Origin: Pirellulales bacterium
Lineage (GTDB): Bacteria > Planctomycetota > Planctomycetia > Pirellulales > JAICIG01
Direction: 5' to 3'
Assembly: GCA_040901675.1 (NCBI GenBank)
Contig: JBBDYJ010000009.1
Coordinates: 1-44,280 of the forward strand
DNA: 44,280 bases
The notes beneath the pieces were generated by a model that made no database searches, was not told where the DNA came from, and saw only the letters and a list, made by a program, of their open reading frames with translations. This document shows positions 26,694-34,751 of this stretch, in pieces. How positions within the stretch are numbered: position 1 is the first letter of the stretch; the number at the start of each line of letters is the position of its first letter. The position numbers were made by a program, and so were the translations under genes.

Positions 26694-27917
26694 TTGCGTG
26701 AAACTGGTGCCTTGCGAGAAACTTGGACATTCCACAGCGCCGGCCAACTGGTCTTCGGCCCCGGCGCCGCCTCGCAATTGGGCGAGCTCGTCGGCCGGCT
26801 CGGCGTTCGGCGCGTGCTCATCGTCACCGACCGTTCGCTCGCGGCCGCCGGCCTGGTCGAGCAGGTGACCGGGCCGCTGGCCCGGCAGCAGATCGCGGTC
26901 GAGCTGTTCGATGGCGGGCAGCCGGAACCCTCGCTCGACCTGGCCGTGCAGTGCATCGCCAGGGCCCGGCCGTTCTCACCGGAGGCGGTGCTCGGCCTGG
27001 GGGGCGGCAGCAACATGGACCTGGCCAAGATCACCGCGGCCGTGCTGGTCCATGGCGGCACGCCGGCCGATTACGTGGGAGAAGACCGGATCCCCGGGCC
27101 CGTGTTGCCGCTCGTCTGCGTGCCGACGACCGCGGGCACGGGGAGCGAGGTCACCGCCGCGGCCGTCCTCACCGACACGGCCAACCAGATCAAGGTCGGC
27201 GTGCTCAGCAATTACCTGCGTCCGCGGTTGGCGGTGGTCGATCCCCGCCTGACGCTGAGTTGCCCGCCCAAGGTGACCGCCGACAGCGGCATCGATGCCT
27301 TGACCCACGCCATCGAGGCCTACACGGCCGTCGACAATGCCGACTTTCCCCTGCCGCCTGGTGAGCGGAGCGTGTACCAGGGGCGGCATCCGTTGGGCGA
27401 CTGCCTGGCCGAACGGGCCATCGAGCTGGTCGGTCGCCACCTGGTTCCAGCAGTGCAAGATGGCAGCGACCTGGCGGCCCGCGAGGGGATGGCGCTGGGG
27501 GCGACACTGGCCGGGCTGGCCTTCTCGAACGTGGGCGTGGCACTCGTGCATGCCATGGAGTATCCGGTGGGAGGGGCGACGCACTGCTCGCACGGGGAGG
27601 GGAACGGCCTGTTGCTCCCCTTTGTGATGGAGTTCAATCGGCCCGCGCGCCACCGCGAGTTCGCCCGGATCGCCCGCCTGTTGGGGGAAGACACCGGCGG
27701 ACTGGACGAAGCCGAGGCGTCGCGGCGGGCCGTGGCCGCGGTCGAGCGGCTGAAGGCCACGATCGGCATCCCCGAGCGGTTGCGGCAACTGGGGGTGCGG
27801 CGGGAGCAACTTGCCGGCTTTGCGGAAAAGGCGCTGGGCATCAAGCGCATCTTGCGGGTGAACCCCCGCCCGGTGACGTACGACGACGTGCTGGGCATCT
27901 TCGAGGCGGCCTGGTAG
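26694..27917 (+). CDS. iron-containing alcohol dehydrogenase (hydroxyacid-oxoacid transhydrogenase-like)
   Basis: GGGSNMDLAK, PTTAGTGSE, DALTHAIE, HAMEY...HGEGN metal ligands; TTG start after GGAGG (alternative 26712). Confidence 0.9.
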   Translation: MRETGALRETWTFHSAGQLVFGPGAASQLGELVGRLGVRRVLIVTDRSLAAAGLVEQVTGPLARQQIAVELFDGGQPEPSLDLAVQCIARARPFSPEAVLGLGGGSNMDLAKITAAVLVHGGTPADYVGEDRIPGPVLPLVCVPTTAGTGSEVTAAAVLTDTANQIKVGVLSNYLRPRLAVVDPRLTLSCPPKVTADSGIDALTHAIEAYTAVDNADFPLPPGERSVYQGRHPLGDCLAERAIELVGRHLVPAVQDGSDLAAREGMALGATLAGLAFSNVGVALVHAMEYPVGGATHCSHGEGNGLLLPFVMEFNRPARHREFARIARLLGEDTGGLDEAEASRRAVAAVERLKATIGIPERLRQLGVRREQLAGFAEKALGIKRILRVNPRPVTYDDVLGIFEAAW

Positions 27918-27973
27918 GCAGAAGGCAGAAGGAGGAAGGCAGAAGGAGGAAGGAGGAACTGGGGCACGCTACG
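27917..27973. repeat. heptamer tract (GGCAGAA/GGAGGAA x6) abutting a REP-like half element
   Basis: Six heptamers at 27917-27958, then CTGGGGCACGCTA, the reverse complement of TAGCGTGCCCCAG at 8566-8578 and 44192-44204. Confidence 0.75.
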
Positions 27974-28000
27974 ACTCGACTGAGCTCGCCGAAGTCCGCT

Positions 28001-28030
28001 TTGCCGCCAGGCACCCGGCGCAGCTATACT
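28001..28030 (+). promoter_or_regulatory. candidate sigma-70 promoter of thyX
   Basis: TTGCCG-18 nt-TATACT, about 40 nt upstream of ATG 28070. Confidence 0.45.
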
Positions 28031-28069
28031 GGGCCTTTTCCCCGAGCGGTTCTCCAGTCCAGGCTTGCC

Positions 28070-29797
28070 ATGCCCACCAACGAGGTCGAAGTCGAGCAAC
28101 TGCGCTGGAAGAAGCTGCCGGTGCTGGACGACGGCTTCGTCTGCCTGGTCGACGTCATGGGCGACGACCAGGCGGTCGTGCAGGCGGCCCGGGTCAGCTA
28201 CGGCGAAGGGACCCGCCAGGTCTCGGACGACCGCGGCCTGATCCGCTACCTGCTGCGGCACCGGCACACCACGCCGTTTGAGATGGCGGAGCTGAAGTTC
28301 CTGGTGCGGGTGCCGATGGACACCTGGCGGCAATGGATCCGCCACCGCACGGCGTGTCTGGCGGGCGACAGCGTGCTGTACTTCGATCTGCCGGGAGCGA
28401 ATCGTCGAGGCCGTCGTCAGCGTCATAACGTGGCGATCGAAGACTTCTTTCGCATGTGGCACGAAGGGACGGTCTCAAAGTTCTCGGCCAAGAGGAAGCC
28501 GACGTTCAGCGAACGCGTGGATGCCGACCAAAGGTACACGATTGCGCAACTTGCGCGACTTGTCGAACGCCGGGAGGAAGACCTGCGCAACATGGTTCGC
28601 GACGGTCGATTAAAAGGAGTTCGAGAGCGTGGACGAATTCACGTCCTGGGCCGCGAATATCTGAACTGGGCGAACTCGTTACATACTCTCCGCGTGTCTG
28701 CCCGCGACCGGTTGCGGCGGATGCGGCTGCGGATGTGTGATGAAGCCGGAGGTGAGATCTCGCACACACGGGTCTCGGACGTGTGGTCGACTGGAAAGAG
28801 ACCCGTCTTTCGAGTCATCCTCGAGAACGGATATCAACTGAAGATGACGGCCGACCACCGCTGTCTCACCGAAAACGGCTGGTTGACCCTGCGCCAAGCC
28901 ACCGCCTTGCGACTGCGTGAGAACGGCGGATGCACCTGGAACGCACAGGCGCCCGCACTGGCCGTCAACGGGATTGCTGTGCACCCCCGGCCCGCGAAAA
29001 AACGCCTCCCGCCAGTGCGACGGCTCAAACGCACTTGGTCAAAAATCGCCCGTATCGAGTACGTCGGCGCGGAAGAAACGTATGACCTGTCGGTGACGGG
29101 GCCGTTCCACAACTTTGTGGCTAACGGATTTGTCGTCCACAACAGTGTCAACGAATACAGCACGCGCTATTCGCTGGCCATCGACGCGGCCCAGCACACG
29201 CCCGCCGGCGAGTGGCGGACGCAGGCCGCCACGAACCGCCAGGGGAGCGGCGACCCGCTGCCCACCGAAGTTGGGGCGGAGCTCTCGGCGGCCGAGGCGG
29301 AGTTGATCGAGCGGGCCCGCCAGGTCTACCAGCAGCGGATCGAGTTGGGAGTGGCCCGGGAGCAGGCCCGCAAGGACCTGCCGCTGTCGACGTACACCGA
29401 GGCCTATTGGAAGATCGACCTGCACAATCTGCTGCATTTTCTGGCTTTGCGGATGGACGACCACGCGCAGCTCGAGATCCGGCAGTACGCCAAGGCCATT
29501 GGCCAAGGGATTGTGCGCCCGCTGTTCCCCTACGTTTGGGAGGCATTTGTCGATTATCGGCTGGAGGGGACGTTCCTGACCCGGCTCGACTGCGAACTGG
29601 TCCAGCGGCTGACGGCGCGGCTGGCCGCCGCCGGCCGGGCGAGCGCCACGGAGGAGGATTTTCTGGCGGTCCAGCCCGACGACTGGGCGCAGCTCAAGCG
29701 GTCGCGCGAGCGGGAAGAGTGCCGGCAAAAACTCCAGCGGCTGGGGATTTTGAGGGCCAGCCCCGAACCATCTTCTCCATCTTCTGCCGTGGAGTGA
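28070..29797 (+). CDS. thyX: FAD-dependent thymidylate synthase, intein-containing
   Basis: AARVSY, LIRYLLRHRHTTPFE, RQWIRHRTA/SVNEYSTRY signature split by the intein, GVAREQARKDLP, NLLHFLALR...HAQLEIR. Confidence 0.95.
   Translation: MPTNEVEVEQLRWKKLPVLDDGFVCLVDVMGDDQAVVQAARVSYGEGTRQVSDDRGLIRYLLRHRHTTPFEMAELKFLVRVPMDTWRQWIRHRTACLAGDSVLYFDLPGANRRGRRQRHNVAIEDFFRMWHEGTVSKFSAKRKPTFSERVDADQRYTIAQLARLVERREEDLRNMVRDGRLKGVRERGRIHVLGREYLNWANSLHTLRVSARDRLRRMRLRMCDEAGGEISHTRVSDVWSTGKRPVFRVILENGYQLKMTADHRCLTENGWLTLRQATALRLRENGGCTWNAQAPALAVNGIAVHPRPAKKRLPPVRRLKRTWSKIARIEYVGAEETYDLSVTGPFHNFVANGFVVHNSVNEYSTRYSLAIDAAQHTPAGEWRTQAATNRQGSGDPLPTEVGAELSAAEAELIERARQVYQQRIELGVAREQARKDLPLSTYTEAYWKIDLHNLLHFLALRMDDHAQLEIRQYAKAIGQGIVRPLFPYVWEAFVDYRLEGTFLTRLDCELVQRLTARLAAAGRASATEEDFLAVQPDDWAQLKRSREREECRQKLQRLGILRASPEPSSPSSAVE
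28355..29143 (+). mobile_element. intein (263 aa) lacking a homing endonuclease, with inserted HTH domain
   Basis: Block A CLAGDS, block B TADH, block F TYDLSV, block G NFVANGFVVHN followed by Ser+1; more A/T-ending codons than the flanking exteins. Confidence 0.93.
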
Positions 29798-29803
29798 CTT
29801 GAA

Positions 29804-30199
29804 GTGGCCGACGCGGTGCGCGATGAACTGCTGGCTCTGAATCAGCGCCTGCTGGACAGCATCGCCCAGGCCGACTGGGCCACGTACGACGCGCTGTGCG
29901 ATCCGTCGCTGACGGCCTTCGAGCCGGAGGCCCGCGGCCAACTGGTCGAAGGGATGGCCTTTCACCGGTTTTATTTCGACCTGGGCCGTTCGGCCGGTCC
30001 CCGCCAGACCACGATGGCTTCGCCCCACGTGCGGTTGCTGGGCGACGACGCAGCGGTGATCAGTTACGTGCGGCTTGTGCAGCGGCTGGAGGCCGACGGC
30101 GCCCCGGTCACCGTGGCCACCGAGGAGACCCGCATCTGGCATCGCCAGGCCGGGACCTGGCGTCACGTCCACTTCCACCGCTCCCATCCGGCAGGCTAG
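29804..30199 (+). CDS. CaMKII association (hub) domain-like / DUF4440 NTF2-fold protein
   Basis: LLDSIAQADWATY..LCDPSLTAFEPEARGQLVEGMAFHRFYF, PHVRLLG, YVRL, EETRIW, VHFHRS match CaMKII hub motifs. Confidence 0.88.
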   Translation: MADAVRDELLALNQRLLDSIAQADWATYDALCDPSLTAFEPEARGQLVEGMAFHRFYFDLGRSAGPRQTTMASPHVRLLGDDAAVISYVRLVQRLEADGAPVTVATEETRIWHRQAGTWRHVHFHRSHPAG

Positions 30200-30488
30200 C
30201 CCGCCTTGGGCGGGCCGGCCAGCGGCCGGCCGCGGACTGATCACCCGGATTGAACCCAGATTGAAGGATCCTGCCGCCATTTTTTTCTTCCGCGATTTGA
30301 CCGGCTACCAAAGGCGACCTAGGGTTTCCGATAGGCGGCATCCCACCCGCGGCCGGAGGCGTGCAAACGCAAGGCAGCGGTGCCGATGCTCGCACTGCGA
30401 TGCCGGATCCGCGTCGTCCGCCGGCAATCGTGAGTGGTGGACGAACCCGTCTGGATTCACATCTGTGTTTTTTTTGAGCGAGGGCACC

Positions 30489-31151
30489 ATGAAGACCAAC
30501 GGCGATCGCAATCGGCGCAAAGCAACCGGCTGGCGTAAACTGACCTGCTTGGCAGTCGTGGGGGTATTGCTGGCGGCAGCCGGGGCCCAGGCCCAGGCGC
30601 AGGACGTCATGCGGGTCCTGGAAGATTGGGAGCTGGTCATCAGCGAACCTGATTCGGCAATCAACTCGCCCCAGGTCACCACGATCATTTCGCCGCTCAC
30701 TGAGAACGACGCCTACTGCGCGTTCAACATCAACTATAAGACCGAAGGCACGTATGCCGAGGGCGGCTTGCAAATCCACGTCTGGAACCCGAGCAGCCCG
30801 CTGTTGATCAAGAACTCGTCCAGGAAGGGCGTGTGCAAGACGTTGAACGAGGTGGTCACCTGGACCATGGAAATGAAGTTGGCGCCGGGCGTGCTATCGT
30901 TCAAGGTCGGCAACGGGAAATCGACGACCTGGACCAGCTTCGGCGACTTGGGCTACCTGGAAGCCGACGTCGGCACCACCATCACGCATCTCAACGGGTA
31001 TAGCCCGCAGACCTCGGTCGATAGCTCGGGCGTCAGCTTCGGCGGCAACCGCGTCAGCTCGCTGGTCCTCAAGCGCGTCCGCAAGTACGACGCCGCCGGC
31101 CTGCTGATCAGCGATACCTCGCCGGGCCTCGTCGCCCATCCCAAACAATAG
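30489..31151 (+). CDS. secreted beta-rich hypothetical protein
   Basis: Signal peptide ending AQAQA; GAGGG SD; co-oriented with the TadG-like gene. Confidence 0.8.
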   Translation: MKTNGDRNRRKATGWRKLTCLAVVGVLLAAAGAQAQAQDVMRVLEDWELVISEPDSAINSPQVTTIISPLTENDAYCAFNINYKTEGTYAEGGLQIHVWNPSSPLLIKNSSRKGVCKTLNEVVTWTMEMKLAPGVLSFKVGNGKSTTWTSFGDLGYLEADVGTTITHLNGYSPQTSVDSSGVSFGGNRVSSLVLKRVRKYDAAGLLISDTSPGLVAHPKQ

Positions 31152-31200
31152 CTTCGGACCGAAGGATCGCGTAGATCGGAAATCAACAGAGGAACGAACC

Positions 31201-32364
31201 ATGCAACGCACCATACGACGCCTGCAGCGAAATCGCGATGGCAGCATCGCCGTGCTCGCCTGCTTTTTTATGATCGTGTTCGTCGCCATGGTGGCCTTCG
31301 CGGTCGATTTGGGCTACATGAATATGGCCCATTGCGAACTCCAGCGGACGGCGGACGCCGCCGCCCTGGCGGCCACCTGGGAACTGATCGACAACGGTCC
31401 CCTGCAGCCGCAGCCGGACCTGTCGCAAGAGATCGCCAATGCCAGGGCCATGGCCGTGACGTTCGCGGCCGCCAACCCAATCTGCAACCAAGGGCCGACC
31501 GTTGATCCAAACGGCTCCAACGACACCAGCGGCGACGTGGTCGTCGGCTATTTGTCCGATCCGCGCGATCCGAACTGCCAGATGACGTTCACCGACCCGA
31601 ACCGCTTCAATGCGGTGCAGGTCACCATCCGTCGTACCGCGGCCAGCAACGGCGAGGTGCCCTACTACTTCGCCCGCGTCTTAGGCCACCAAAGCCGCCC
31701 CATGAGCTTGCGGGCCACGGCCGCCTTGCTCAACAACATCAACGGCTTCACGGCCCCTTCGTCTGGAGACAACCTCGGCATTCTGCCGATCACCATCGAC
31801 GAGTACTCGTGGAACGAGCTGATGGCAGGCAACGCGCCCGACAATTGGAAATGGGAAAACGGCAACTGCGTTCCCGGCCAGGACGGCGTGCTGGAGCTCA
31901 ACCTCTATCCGCAGGGGACCGGCTCGCCGGGCAACCGCGGCACCGTGGACATCGGCAGCCCGAACAACAGCACCGCCGACTTGTCCCGTCAGGTGCTCAA
32001 CGGCGTCAACGCAACCGACATGTCGTACTTTCCGGACAGCGAGCTCAAGTTCAACGACTCCCACGAGCTGTATCTCAACGGCGACACCGGCATCAGCGCC
32101 GGCATCAAGGACGAGCTGGCCGCCATCAAAGGGCTGCCCCGCATGATTCCCGTCTTCCGATCGGTGACCGGCAATGGCAACAACGCCAATTACACGATCA
32201 TCGCCTGGGTCGGGATCCGGGTCATGGATGTCAGGCTCACCGGCTCGATGAGCAGCAAGCAAGTGATCATCCAACCCTGCAAGATAGCGACGCACGGCGC
32301 TCTGCCCAACGACGGTCCGCAGGCCAGCTACGGCGTTTACTCGCCGGTTTGGCTGGTCCGCTAA
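31201..32364 (+). CDS. TadG-like Flp pilus assembly protein (Tad domain)
   Basis: Prepilin-like RDG/SIAVL followed by a TM helix, AFAVDLG, ELQRTADAAALAA, NAVQV, VPYYFARVLG. Confidence 0.85.
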   Translation: MQRTIRRLQRNRDGSIAVLACFFMIVFVAMVAFAVDLGYMNMAHCELQRTADAAALAATWELIDNGPLQPQPDLSQEIANARAMAVTFAAANPICNQGPTVDPNGSNDTSGDVVVGYLSDPRDPNCQMTFTDPNRFNAVQVTIRRTAASNGEVPYYFARVLGHQSRPMSLRATAALLNNINGFTAPSSGDNLGILPITIDEYSWNELMAGNAPDNWKWENGNCVPGQDGVLELNLYPQGTGSPGNRGTVDIGSPNNSTADLSRQVLNGVNATDMSYFPDSELKFNDSHELYLNGDTGISAGIKDELAAIKGLPRMIPVFRSVTGNGNNANYTIIAWVGIRVMDVRLTGSMSSKQVIIQPCKIATHGALPNDGPQASYGVYSPVWLVR

Positions 32365-32380
32365 GCGCGTTTCCAATGGC

Positions 32381-32412
32381 AGGCTGCCCGGCCGGAAACG
32401 GCCGGGCAGCTT
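32381..32412 (+). terminator. strong hairpin downstream of TadG-like gene
   Basis: GCTGCCCGGCCG-GAAA-CGGCCGGGCAGC perfect 12-bp stem; U-tract is weak. Confidence 0.55.
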
Positions 32413-32497
32413 CGCAAGCACAACAGCCGCGGGTCACGGCAACAACGGCCGTGCTTCCGCGGTTTCGTCTTGCGCCGCAGCGACCGCTTCCCTTTTT

Positions 32498-32526
32498 TTG
32501 ACATCCCGGCCTTTTCGACCTAAAGA
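32498..32526 (+). promoter_or_regulatory. candidate promoter of the riboswitch leader
   Basis: TTGACA-17 nt-TAAAGA; perfect -35, weak -10. Confidence 0.3.
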
Positions 32527-32565
32527 ATCTTCAGAGGCTTGACGCAGCCCGCGGCAAGCCTCGAC

Positions 32566-32654
32566 TGCAAATCGAAAAAGGCAAACCGGCCGCGAGGCCG
32601 GGACGCAAAGCCATGGGGCTCATCCGCTGAGCTTGCCAGGCCGCCGAAATTGCA
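32566..32654 (+). ncRNA. c-di-GMP-I (GEMM) riboswitch
   Basis: CGAAAAAGGCAAACC-GGCC-GCGA-GGCC-GGGACGCAAAGCC...GCCGCCGAAAT: conserved GGCAAACC, GNRA tetraloop, GGGACGCAAAGCC, P3 with GCTCA/TGAGC, closing CCGA; P1 extended by TGCAA/TTGCA. Confidence 0.9.
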
Positions 32655-32675
32655 ACCTGGGATTCGGAGGTTGCG

Positions 32676-32840
32676 ATGTCGGTCCACTCTCCTAGCGCCG
32701 CTACTGCCGCCCGCCGGCCCCGCGGCGCCCTCGCGCTTCCTTCCCAGCCTGTTCGGCATCCAAGCCGGGCGCCGCGCCTTCGCGCTCGTCCCGCGGCTGA
32801 CGTTTCTGGACTCCACATCCGGGAAGGGCAACCATGTTAA
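32676..32840 (+). CDS. putative 54-aa peptide directly downstream of the riboswitch
   Basis: GGAGG SD 5 nt before ATG 32676; MSVHSPSAATAARRPRGALALPSQPVRHPSRAPRLRARPAADVSGLHIREGQPC; stop overlaps the next ATG. Not in the ORF track (below 60 aa). Confidence 0.45.
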   Translation: MSVHSPSAATAARRPRGALALPSQPVRHPSRAPRLRARPAADVSGLHIREGQPC

Positions 32841-33058
32841 CCGCCAACCTGACGACGATGATTCCCCTGCCCAGGACGCCGCTCAAGGCCCCGCCTCCCG
32901 CGGCACGCCTGGCGTTGCGAGCCGCGCAGGCAGTCTTGCTCATGCCCCTCTGCCTGCTGTTGCTGCCCCTGCTTCCCTGCGTCCTCTGCATGCACGCGGT
33001 GAAGAAACTACACGACTGGCAAGAATGCCCCTGCCAAGCCGGCCGCCCGGTCGCCTAG
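32834..33058 (+). CDS. small Cys/Pro-rich membrane protein
   Basis: GGGAAGG SD; hydrophobic AVLLMPLCLLLLPLLPCVLC segment; overlap ATGTTAA with the upstream ORF. Confidence 0.55.
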   Translation: MLTANLTTMIPLPRTPLKAPPPAARLALRAAQAVLLMPLCLLLLPLLPCVLCMHAVKKLHDWQECPCQAGRPVA

Positions 33059-33079
33059 CAGCGACGGCGCGGCTGTTCC

Positions 33080-33126
33080 TCAGGCCCGCTCGATCGGGAA
33101 ACTCCACACCTCAACGACGTCTGCGC
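33080..33126 (-). repeat. displaced duplicate of the epmA 3' end (att-like scar)
   Basis: TCAGGCCCGCTCGATCGG identical to 39296-39313; the minus strand encodes GADVVEVWSFPIERA* versus epmA GASAIDEVLSFPIERA*. Confidence 0.8.
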
Positions 33127-33305
33127 CATACAGCTTGGCCGCTCGACCGGGGGGGCGACGATCTCCCTTGTCAAACAGAATAATCGCTGCCATCCCTATC
33201 CTCGACCGTGATAGCCAGTCGATACTCAGGATTAAGGCTTGAGTCCCCAACAGAAAGGGGTAAGCTGCGCAAACTGGGTATGATCTTGCTGCGCGGGCAC
33301 ACTGA

Positions 33306-34751
33306 ATGAACCGTGGCCTTTTCCTTTGCACAGCATTCGCGGTGACAGGCTGTGCACTGCCGGCCAAGCATGCCGACCGCGTCACGGTGGGCCGCAGCCT
33401 TGCGCAACGGGCTGCCCTGGAGCCAGTGTACGAGCCAGTGCTGGCGCATCGGCCGGTCGACGTCGTCCCGGCCGGCGCGTTGTCCGAGGACGAAGCCGTC
33501 GCCTTTGCCCTCTGGAACAATGCGGCTTTCCAGGACTTGCTGGTCGATCTGGACGTGTCGCGCGCCGACGTGATCTCCGCCGGCCAGCTCAGCAATCCGG
33601 AGTTCTGGACCGTATTTCCGGTTGGCCCTAAACAGCTCGAGTTCGCTCTGAATATGCCGCTGGAGGCCATCTGGCTTCGACCCCGCAGGTTGGACGCTGC
33701 CCGGCTCGAGTCGCGCCGCATCGGCCACCGCCTGGTGCAGGACGGTCTGAATCTGGTCCGCGACGTGCGCGTGGCCTATGCCGATCTGGTCTTGGCCCAT
33801 GATCGTCTGCGTCTGGCTGATGACGGCGCGATGCTTCGCGAGCGGATCGCCAGCCTGGCCCGTGCAAGGCTGCGCGCCGGCGACATCAGCGAACTGGAGG
33901 CGGCCGCCGTGGGCATCGACGCTGTGATCGCGCGCCAAGACGCGCGCCGGCTCGTGCACGACGTCGAGATCGCCCAAGCACGCTTGGACGGCTTGCTGGG
34001 GCTGGCGTGCGGCTCGGTCCAAGTGGCACTCGTCGGCCGCGATTTACCGCCCGTGCAAATCGACGTCAAGCAAGTTGTCTGCGAAGCGCAGCGCACGCGT
34101 CCCGATATGTGGGCACTGCGGCTGGCCATCGAGGCTGCCGGCGAGCGGGCACGGCTGGCACGCCATGATTACCTGAGGGTCATCGGCGTGCTGCCCGACG
34201 CAAACGGCACAGGCCTGAAGGGTTTCGAGGCCGGTCCCGGCGTGCAATTCACAGTCCCGATCTTCAACCGGAATCAGGGGGCGATCGCCCGCGCCGAGGC
34301 CGAAGTGGAACGGTCACGGCGCCAATACCGAGTCCTCTCCCAAGCGATCGCCGTCGACGTCCGCCAAAGCCACGCTCGGCTGCGGCAGGCGAGTGAGGAT
34401 TTGCTCGCTTGGACAAACCAACTGCTGCCTGCCAGCGCCAGCGCCAGCGAGCAGGCCCAAAAGGCGTATGAGTCGGGCGGCGTCTCGCTGTTGTTGGTGC
34501 TCGAAACCAGCCGGCAAGTGCTCTCCGCCCGGTCTCGTCGGATTGAGCTGGCGGCCGAGGTCCGGCGTGCCGCCGCGGAACTGGAACGGGCAGTCGGCCG
34601 GCGCCTCTTTCAGTCGCCCACGGAGGCGACTCGCCAGCCGGAATCGCTGCCGCCGCCGACCGAAATCCGGGAAGCCGACGCAGCGCCCATGACGAGTCCA
34701 CGGCTGGTCGAGCGGGCCGCAAGCGACCGGCCGGCGGAGGCCCGACTGTGA
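33306..34751 (+). CDS. TolC/CzcC family outer membrane efflux lipoprotein
   Basis: Lipobox VTGC; ALWNN, VRVAY, GDISELE, RPD, VPIFNRNQG, AYESG repeats of the OEP family. Confidence 0.9.
   Translation: MNRGLFLCTAFAVTGCALPAKHADRVTVGRSLAQRAALEPVYEPVLAHRPVDVVPAGALSEDEAVAFALWNNAAFQDLLVDLDVSRADVISAGQLSNPEFWTVFPVGPKQLEFALNMPLEAIWLRPRRLDAARLESRRIGHRLVQDGLNLVRDVRVAYADLVLAHDRLRLADDGAMLRERIASLARARLRAGDISELEAAAVGIDAVIARQDARRLVHDVEIAQARLDGLLGLACGSVQVALVGRDLPPVQIDVKQVVCEAQRTRPDMWALRLAIEAAGERARLARHDYLRVIGVLPDANGTGLKGFEAGPGVQFTVPIFNRNQGAIARAEAEVERSRRQYRVLSQAIAVDVRQSHARLRQASEDLLAWTNQLLPASASASEQAQKAYESGGVSLLLVLETSRQVLSARSRRIELAAEVRRAAAELERAVGRRLFQSPTEATRQPESLPPPTEIREADAAPMTSPRLVERAASDRPAEARL

Noticed and set aside
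30313..30420. CTAGGGTTTCCG resembling a ykkC/guanidine-I riboswitch 5' motif
   Set aside because: The conserved 3' elements (GGGAUAAAAGCCCGGG-like) are absent and the downstream gene does not fit.
32566..32654. cGAMP-sensing GEMM-Ib variant
   Set aside because: Layout resembles Geobacter-type aptamers but the discriminator position reads G, not A, by manual alignment.
33080..33721. 213-aa minus-strand ORF as a real gene
   Set aside because: Mostly antisense to TolC; only its last ~15 codons are meaningful, as the displaced epmA end.
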